From the NCBI GenBank assembly GCA_049289815.1, contig JBATMK010000285.1:1-61980 (forward strand): 61,980 nucleotides of DNA. The letters are read 5' to 3'. Origin of the DNA: Flavobacteriales bacterium. GTDB lineage: Bacteria; Bacteroidota; Bacteroidia; Flavobacteriales_F; PHOS-HE28. Position 1 is the stretch's first letter. Each line of letters opens with the position of its first letter. The translations under genes were made by a program, and so were the position numbers. The notes beneath the pieces were generated by a model that was given only the letters and a program-made list of their open reading frames with translations, had not been told where the DNA came from and ran no database searches. This document shows, in pieces, positions 40,101 through 49,044 of the stretch.

Positions 40101-43100
40101 ACCACAGCAACCGCGAGCAACCTGCCGGCTGGATCGTATACCTGTACGATCACCGATAATCATGGCTGCAGCATTGTTCGCCTGGTAACGATCACCCAAC
40201 CCGCGGCGGCATTGTCCGCTTCGATCAGTGCGCAAACCAATGTGTTGTGCTTCGGCAACAGCACGGGCAGCGCAACAGTGAACGCGAACGGCGGTACCGG
40301 TGCGTACGGCTATGCCTGGAACACCATTCCTGTACAGAGCACCGCAACGGCCAACAACCTGCCCGCAGGTACATGGACCTGCACGATCACAGATGCCAAT
40401 GGTTGCAGCACAACTTCAAGTGCTACGATCACACAACCTGCATCCGGGCTTTCCGCTTCAACCAGTGCACAGGCCAACGTGTTGTGCTTTGGTAGCGCCA
40501 CCGGTTCGGCAACGGCGCTGGCCGCCGGAGGAACCGGCGCCTACAGCTATTCGTGGAACACCATACCGGTGCAGTCCTCCGCGGTCGCCACAGGTCTTGT
40601 CGCCGGCACATACACCTGCACGGTGACCGATGCAAACGGCTGCACGGCGACAACAACGGCGACCATTACGCAACCTGCTGCCGCGTTGAGCGCGACGGTG
40701 GTCATTGTCCATGCCATCTGTAATGGCATCAACGATGGAAGTGTGGACCTGACACCACTTGGTGGCACTGGACCGTACACCGCAACGTGGACCGGACCGA
40801 ACGGCTACACGGCCAGCACCATCGACATCAGCGCCATTTTCGCTGGCGTCTACACCGTTGTCCTCACGGATGCGAACGGCTGCACATGGACCAGCGGATA
40901 CACCGTCACGGAACCTAGCTTGTATCAAGTAACGGTAACGCCGTCGCTCTTCACCGGCGGCACCAACCTGAGCTGCGCGAACAGTGGCGATGGAACCATC
41001 GGTGCTTCAGCAAGCGGCGGCACACCGAACTACGGTTATGCGTGGACCGGCCCCAGCGGCTTCAACTCCGCAAGTGCCAACATCAGTGGCTTGCAGCCCG
41101 GCACGTATGTGCTGGTGGTCACCGATGCGAACGGTTGCCAGATCGGTGCGACCGAAACCCTTACTGCACCAGCACCCTTCGCTTCCAGTATCACCAGCCC
41201 TGATCTGGGCGGCGGCTTCAACATTACCTGCAACGGTGGAACCAATGGCAGTATCAACGCCACGGTGGCCGGTGGCACCGCGCCGATCAACTACAGTTGG
41301 ACTGGTCCCGGTGGGTTCACGGCGGGCACCGGGGATATCGGCGGTCTGCAAGCCGGGAGCTACAGCCTGGCCGCAACGGATGTGAACGGCTGCACCACCA
41401 ATGCTGCACTCGTGCTCACGGCACCGAATGCGATCATCATCAACACACAAAGCACCTCCGATGTTGATTGCAACGGCGGGAATAACGGCACTGCGCAAGT
41501 GAACGCCGTGGGCGGTGTTGCTCCATACGCGTTCAGCTGGAACACGGTTCCCGCACAGAACGGTCCTTCCGCAGCTGCGCTGACAGCAGGTACATGGACG
41601 GTGACCCTCACCGATGCGAACGGCTGCATCGGAACGCATGCAGTGTTCATTACGGAGCCGGCGGCTGCTCTTGTTGCTTCCATCACGGCCACCGCCAATG
41701 TGAACTGCTTCGGCAACGCCACCGGTTCAGCAACGGCCAATGCCACTGCCGGTACAGGCCCATATAGCTACAGTTGGAACACCTCACCGATCCAGAACAC
41801 CTCCACGGCAACCGGCCTTACCGCCGGATCGTGGACCTGCACGATCACCGACGACAACGGCTGCACAGCCACCGTTGCTGCCATCATCACACAACCCGCA
41901 GCGGCGTTGGCCGCTTCGATCGCCGCCCAACAGAACGTGAGCTGCTTCGGTGCGATGAACGGGAGCGCCACGGCCAGTGCCAGCGGCGGTACAGGACCTT
42001 ACGCATACTCGTGGAACACCGTGCCCGTGCAGAACAATGCCACCATGAGCGGTGTTGGTCCGGGCACCTACACGGTGACCGTGACCGATGGCCAAGGTTG
42101 CAGCACAACGGCCCAGGTTACGATCACCTCACCGGTTGCTGCTTTGGGTGTAGCCGTGGTGGGCACCACCAACCAGACCTGTTCCGGTTCGAACAACGGA
42201 CAAGCGACAGTTGCCGCCACCGGCGGAACAGCCCCATACAACTATGCATGGAACACAGCACCACCACAGACCGGTGCAACGGCCAACGGCTTGGGCGCGG
42301 GCATATGGACGGTTACTGTGACTGATGCGCGAGGATGCACCACCTCACTAGGCGTCAGCATCGGCGGCCCAAGCGCGCCGCTCGCGCTGTCCATCACCAG
42401 CACCACCAATGTGCTGTGCTATGAGGACAGCACCGGTGCCGCTTCGGTTGTTGCATCCGGTGGCACGGCACCGTACACCTACACCTGGCTCACCATTCCT
42501 GCGGTGAACGGCCCAACGATCACCGATCTGGTGGCCGGCACCTTCACGGTCGTCGCTACCGATGCGAACGGTTGCTCCACCAGCACGAACGTGACCATCA
42601 CGGAACCGGCGACGGGTCTGAGCCTTTTCGTGGAGAGCTTCCAGAACGTGAGCTGCTTCGGCGGTAACGATGGGTACGCCACAGTGGAAGCCAGCGGCGG
42701 AAGTGGCAGTTACACGATTACATGGAACACGGTCCCGCAGCAAACCGGTGCAACGGCCACGGGCCTGAGCGCAGGCTTCTACATGGTGAGTGTGATGGAC
42801 AACAACGGTTGCAATACACCGAAGCTGCACCCTGTCATCATCACGCAACCTGCGGCTGCGCTGTCCATCGCTTCCACGGTGAGTACCTATGGTGCATTCA
42901 ACATTGCCTGCAATGGCAACGCCGATGGCTGGATCGATGCAACGGTGAGCGGCGGTACCGCACCGTACTACTACACATGGACCGATGACTCCGGTGGATC
43001 CACCGGTATCGAGGACCTGAGCGGCCTCACGGCTGGCAATTACTACCTGAACATTTTCGATGCGAACGGGTGCACCGCGAGTGCTTCGTTCACCCTTACG

Positions 43101-46100
43101 GAACCCGCCGCGCTGAGTGTCAGCGCCAACATCACCACTGCGGCCTGCCAAGGCAGCAACGATGGTGCGATCGATGTGAGCGTGAGCGGCGGCGCGGTGC
43201 CATATGCCTATAGCTGGACCGGTGCGAACGGTTTCATCGCGAGCACCCAGGATCCCGGCAGCCTGCTGGCTGGTGTGTACACACTCACGATCACCGACGC
43301 GAACGGATGTTCCGTAACGGAGACATACGACGTGAACCAGCCGGGCATCTTCAATGTGAGCGCAACGCTGAGCAACTTCAACGGCACCAATGTGAGCTGC
43401 AACTCCAGCACCGATGGCAGCATCGATGCCACGGTGAGCGGCGGAACACCACCCTACATCCTCGGCTGGACAGGGCCTAACGGATTCAGCGCGAACACGG
43501 AGGACATCGCTGGACTTGTCGCAGGCACATACATCCTCACCGTTATAGATGGCAACGGTTGCGGTACGTTCTCAAGCTATACCCTCTTCGCCCCCGGCAC
43601 GCTCAACGTTGTAGCAGCCGCCGCGCAGATCGGAAGCGGCCAGATCGGATGCAATGGTGCAAGTGACGGCAGCATCGGTGCCACCATCGTCGGTGGCGTT
43701 CCGAACTATGCGATCACGTGGAGCGGTCCGAACGGGTTCACCGCGAACACCGAGGACATCAGCGGGCTCGCGGCCGGTTCATATACCATCAGCGTGATCG
43801 ATGTGAACGGCTGCAGCAGCAGCACGACCGTGGTGTTGAACGAGCCCGCGGTACTGGGCAACAGCATCAGCATTTCCCAGTTCAACAACGGCGCAGCGAT
43901 CGCCTGCAATGGTGGCACCAATGGCAGCATCGATCTGGCCGTCACCGGTGGCGAGGCGCCCTATACCGTGGCGTGGACCGGGCCGAACGGGTACACTGCG
44001 AACACCCAGGATATCGGCGGTCTGGCCGCAGGCACCTATTCGGTGACCATCACCGATGCGAACGGCTGCACCTCGAGCGGGACCACCACCCTCACTGAAC
44101 CCGCTCCGTTGACCCTCGGCTCGAGCGTGAGCAGGTCCATCGGCGGCACCGCCATTTCCTGCAGCAATGCTTCCGATGGAAGCATCGACATCAGTGTGAT
44201 CGGTGGCGCCGGCAATGCAACGTTCCAATGGACTGGAAGCAATGCGTTCAACAGCACGAGCGAAGACTTGTCGGGCCTCGTTCCCGGCACCTTCGACCTG
44301 GTGGTGACCGACCAGAACGGCTGCACGGCGACAGCCTCGTTCAACCTCACCGCCCCGTCACCTCTTGATGCCACAGCGGCCATCACCACGGCTACATGCC
44401 AAGGCACCAACAACGGCGCCATTGACCTGACCACGAGCGGTGGAACGCCAGCCTATTCCTGGTTGTGGAGCGGCCCGGGCGCGTTCACCAGCAACAACGA
44501 GGATATCAGCAACCTCTTCGCCGGTGTGTACACCGTATCGATCACGGATGCGAACGGCTGTTCCTACTCGGAGTCATTCGACGTGAACCAGCCCGGCCTC
44601 TTCACCATCTCAGCGAACGTGAGCGGTTATCCCGGTGGCTTCAACACCAGTTGTTCCGGTGCGAACGATGGCAGCATCGACGCAGCGATCGCCGGTGGTA
44701 CGCCGCCTTACTTCCTCTTCTGGACAGGCCCGAACGGATTCACCGCGATCACTGAGGACATCAGTGGTCTCGCACCCGGCACCTATCAACTTGTTGTGAC
44801 CGACCAGAACGGTTGCAGCACATTCACCCAGTACAGCGTGACTTCCGCAACGCCCGTGAACATCGGTTTTGCGGCAAGCGTTTTCAGCGGTGGGGTGAAC
44901 ACGAGCTGCGACGGTGCAGCCGATGGTGGCGTTGATGCCAGCATTGTTGGTGGCGTTGCCCCTTACACGACCACTTGGAGCGGCCCGAACGGTTTCGTTG
45001 CGATCACCGAGGACATCACCTCGCTTGAACCCGGCACGTACACCCTCAATGTTTCCGATGCCGTGGGTTGCAGCGCCAGTGCGAGCGTTACGCTCACGGG
45101 CCCGACACCCATGAGCACCTCCATCAGCACGAGCTTGTTCGGCGGTGGCAATGGCGTGAGCTGCGATGGGGCCACTGACGGCACCGTTGATCTTACGGTG
45201 AACGGTGGTACGCTCCCGTACGTGATCCAGTGGAGCGGACCGAACGGGTACTACAGCAACAACGAGGATCTCTCCGCGCTTGCCGGTGGCACATACAACG
45301 TCACCATCACGGATGCGAACGGTTGCTCGGCCACAGCAACGGTGGATCTGCAGGAGCCCTCACCGATCAGCGTGGTGTTGAACCCCTCGCTGTACAGTGG
45401 CGGATACAACATCCCCTGCAATGGCGACAACAACGGCAGCATCAGTGCTTCGGTGAACGGCGGCAACGGGGGCTTCGCCTATGCGTGGACAGGTCCGAAC
45501 GGCTTCACCAGCACCGATGCCGACATCACCGGCCTTGTGGCGGGCAGCTACACCCTCGTGGTGACCGATGGGAACGGATGTTCAGCGATGGCAACGCTTT
45601 CGCTGGTTGCACCGCAACCCTTGCAAGTGGATGAACTGCTGAGCGATGCGGGCAATGGCTACCAAGTGAGTTGCACCGGGAACGATGGCAGCGTCGACCT
45701 CACCGTGAACGGCGGAACGGTTCCCTTCCAATTCGATTGGACCGGACCCAGTGGCTACGCATCCCTGAGTGAAGACATCAGTGGCTTGGCCGCAGGTACC
45801 TACACGATCAACGTGGTGGATGCGAACGGCTGCGCCAACAGCAACACGGTGACGCTCACCGCACCAGGCCTCTTGCAAGCTGCACTGGCTGTAAGCGGAA
45901 ACGTTTGCGATGGCAGCGACGACGGCGGCATCGACCTGACCCTTTCCGGCGGCACCGGCCCATACAACACCACCTGGAGCGGCCCGAACGGGTTCACCAG
46001 CACGAACGAGGACATCAGTGCATTGGCGGGTGGCACCTATACCGTGAACGTTACCGATGCAGGCACCTGCTTCGGGTCGTGGAGCGCCACCATCGCGGCA

Positions 46101-48089
46101 TCGCAGCCTTATGGCTTCGATCTGTACGTGAGCGACTACGGCAATTTCAACATCCCATGTGCCGGTGATAGCAGCGGGGTGATCGAAGTTGACCTGACCG
46201 GAGGTGCTGGTACGCTCGACATCGTGTGGACCGGCCCGAACGGATTCGCAGCGAACAACATCACTGACTTCAGCGGACTTGTCGCGGGTGATTATACCGT
46301 GACCGTCACCGATGCCAACGGCTGCGCGCTCGATAGCACCATCACGCTGACGCAACCGAGCGCACCGGTGGATGCCACGTTGACCGCGGCCCTCTATCCG
46401 AGCGGCACCAACATCAGCTGCAATGGGACAAGTGATGGCAGCATCGACCTGGTGGTGAGCGGAGGCACGGCGCCCTACTTCTTCGACTGGCGTGGACCGG
46501 ACAGCGTGTTCTACAGCACCGAGGACATCAGCGGACTGGGTGCGGGCACCTATGATCTGGTGGTCACCGATACGAACCAGTGCAGCTTCACCACGAGCAT
46601 TACCCTCACGGAACCCGATAGTGCATTGGCTGCGGACGTTGTGTTGAGCCAGTTCCCCGGAGGCTTCAACACCAGCTGCGATGGCAACAGCGATGGCAGC
46701 ATCGGTGTGAGCGTGTCCGGTGGCAGCGGTGGCAACACTTTCGCTTGGACGGGTCCGAACAATTTCACCAGCGCGGCCGACACGCTGAGCGGTATCGTGG
46801 CGGGACAATACACGCTGACGGTGACCGACATGAACGGTTGCACGTCGGTGCAAAGCATCACCGTTACCGCGCCGCAGCCGCTGGATCCGCTGCTCTCACC
46901 CTTCGCATACCCGAGCGGCAGCAACACCAGTTGTGATGGCAGCAGCGATGGTAGCATCGACGCAAGCGCTTCCGGCGGCGTGCCAGCGTACACCTATGCA
47001 TGGACCGGCCCGAACGGCTTCACGAGCAACAGCGCCGTGATCACCGGCCTCGCACCGGGCACCTACTGCCTGAACCTTTCCGACACCAACAACTGCAGCG
47101 TACAAGAGTGTGTGGACATCGTCCCGAATACGGTGATGACCACCAGCACCACCAGCACGAACGCCAACTGCGGTGCCACTACGGGCAGTATTGACCTGAG
47201 CGTGAACGGTGGCGGAGCCCCTTACACCTTCGAATGGGAAACCGGCGCGCAGACCGAGGACATCAACGACCTGATCGCTGATACCTACAGCGTGACCATC
47301 ACCGACACCAACGGCTGTGCACTCACCGACAGTGCCATCGTGGCCGGCTCACCAGCAGTGGATGCGCAGGCCATCACGAGCAACGTGCTCTGCAACGATG
47401 GCGATGATGGCTCCATTGACCTGAGCGTACTGGCCGGCACCGGACCTTACGATTTCGACTGGAGCAACGGCGATAACACGGAGGATCCCAGCGGCCTTGT
47501 GGCCGACGATTACACCGTGACCATCACCGACGCGATGGGTTGCACATGGAGCGGTACATACACCGTCGGTGAGAACGCCGCGATCCTGGTGGACAGTACG
47601 ATCATCGTGCACGGGAACGGGTACAACGTGAGCAGCTACAACGGCAACGATGGCAGCATCGCGCTGGAAGTCACCGGGGGCAATGCACCTTACACGTACG
47701 ACTGGAGCAACGGCGCCACCACGGCCAACCTGAACGGCTTGGGCGCAGGTACATATACCGTCACCATCACCGACGCCAACGGCTGTACGCTCGTGCTCAC
47801 CTTCACCTTGACCCAACCCACCGACCTGCTGATGCCAACGGGCTTCAGCCCCAATGGCGATGGCAGCAATGATGCTTACGTGGTGCAGGGTCTCGAAGGC
47901 TTCCCGAACAACCACATGCTGGTGGTGAACCGCTGGGGCAACACCGTGTTCGACCAGCTCCACTACCGCAACGATTGGCGCGGCGAGAACCAGCAAGGCG
48001 AGGCGCTGCCCAATGGCACCTACTTCGTGATCATCATCATCAACGAAGGCGAACAAACACTCCAGAACTATGTTGACCTACGCCGATAA
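37164..48089 (+). CDS. Giant (3641 aa) cell-surface adhesin: choice-of-anchor-L domain, Calx-beta-like domain, Ig-like domain, 38 SprB-type repeats, type-B T9SS (gliding motility-associated) C-terminal domain
   Basis: A single uninterrupted ORF. Head: [112 protein letters not shown]. Calx-like: [33 protein letters not shown]. Repeats follow the pattern C.G...G...(V/L)..(S/T)GG..PY.Y.W......(S/T).L.AG.Y...(V/I)TD.NGC. Tail: [20 protein letters not shown].G...[21 protein letters not shown]. Confidence 0.92.
   Translation: [3641 protein letters not shown]
39027..40685 (+). repeat. Run 1 of the [7 protein letters not shown]-type sub-family: 7 consecutive units, each exactly 79 aa (237 nt)
   Basis: Units 3-9 counted individually. 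All are 79 aa and indel-free. Confidence 0.9.
41433..42860 (+). repeat. Run 2 of the [7 protein letters not shown]-type sub-family: 6 consecutive units (five of 79 aa, one of 81 aa)
   Basis: Units 13-18 counted individually. Confidence 0.9.
47826..48086 (+). other. Type-B T9SS C-terminal domain (gliding motility-associated CTD)
   Basis: The last 87 aa, [87 protein letters not shown], match the SprB/CHU_C-type tail. Confidence 0.8.
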
Positions 48090-48111
48090 CGCCCGTACCG
48101 GCGTGCGCAAC

Positions 48112-49044
48112 ATGCGTCGCCGGTACCGCAAGCTTTCCGCTATTTGCGCGGTGCTCCTGCTCGCATGCACTTCATTGGCGCAGCAGGAAGTGATGGTGAG
48201 CCAGTACATGTTCAACGGGCTCTTCATCAATCCCGCCTACGCAGGCAGCCACACGTATGCGAGCAGCAGCTTGCTGCACCGCGAGCAGTGGCTCGAAGTG
48301 CCCGGTGCTCCACGCACAAGCATGCTCGCATTCGACGCTCCGCTGTACGGCAACCGCATGGGACTTGGCCTGTCGGTGGTACGCGATGAGATCGGGGTGA
48401 GCCGCGACATGGAGGTCGCGGGTCACTACGCTTACCGCATCAAGCTGGGCGATGGCCGGCTTGCCTTCGGCTTGAAGGCGGGGCTTTCGATCTACAGCGC
48501 CAATTTGAACGACCTGGTGTACTGGGATGAGAACGATGCCGTGTATGCCCAGAACGTGAACAACGCGCTCGTTGGCAAGTTCGGTTTCGGCATGTATTGG
48601 AACAACAAGCTCAGCTATATCGGCATCAGCGTCCCCACGTTGTATGCGGCTGACAAGGCGATCGAGGTGCACGGGTCCGACGTGACGGACGGCTTCTTCA
48701 CCAACCACTTCTACCTGAACGCCGGCAAGCTCTTCCACCTTAACGCCAACTTCGACCTGAAGCCATCCTTCCTGGTGAAGTACGAGCTGAGCGCGCCGAT
48801 CGAAGCGGACATCAACTGCAACGTGCTCTACAAGGAACGCTTCTGGCTGGGCGCGGGCTACCGCACCGGCGATGCGATCGTAGGCATGGTGGAATACCAG
48901 ATCACACAGCGCCTGCGTGCCGGCTACGCTTACGACCTCGCATTGAACAAACTGCGCGCCTATACCTCCGGTTCGCATGAATTGATGATCGGTTTCGACT
49001 TCGGGAAGGAGACCATCAAGATCAAAACACCCCGCTACTTCTGA
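48112..49044 (+). CDS. sprF: Type IX secretion system membrane protein, PorP/SprF family
   Basis: Track ORF 48070..49044 trimmed to ATG 48112 (MRRRYRKLSAICAVLLLACTSLAQQ). SQYMFNGLFINPAYAG...LLHREQW...GLGLSV..D..G...........YAY is the family signature. Lies immediately downstream of a type-B CTD cargo gene. Confidence 0.88.
   Translation: MRRRYRKLSAICAVLLLACTSLAQQEVMVSQYMFNGLFINPAYAGSHTYASSSLLHREQWLEVPGAPRTSMLAFDAPLYGNRMGLGLSVVRDEIGVSRDMEVAGHYAYRIKLGDGRLAFGLKAGLSIYSANLNDLVYWDENDAVYAQNVNNALVGKFGFGMYWNNKLSYIGISVPTLYAADKAIEVHGSDVTDGFFTNHFYLNAGKLFHLNANFDLKPSFLVKYELSAPIEADINCNVLYKERFWLGAGYRTGDAIVGMVEYQITQRLRAGYAYDLALNKLRAYTSGSHELMIGFDFGKETIKIKTPRYF

Larger units (their letters stand above)
38544..47825 (+). 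repeat. Coding array of 38 SprB-type repeats (76-86 aa each)
   Basis: Repeat boundaries counted by hand from the translation (aa 461-3554). Units are diverged at the DNA level, with many third-position differences. Each unit has two conserved Cys. Confidence 0.9.

Noticed and set aside
38544-47825. Regular ~237-255-nt periodicity that a repeat finder might flag as a CRISPR-like or satellite array
   Set aside because: The units are far longer than CRISPR repeats and there is no repeat/spacer alternation. All units lie in one continuous reading frame encoding SprB-type protein repeats.
38670-48056. Many 60-420-aa ORFs in other frames and on the antisense strand inside the giant gene (for example 45582..46853, 42348..43151, 47349..48056)
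   Set aside because: They are by-products of the repetitive, GC3-rich codon usage of the adhesin ORF. They are periodic, Arg/Gly/His-rich and broken wherever the sense repeats diverge.
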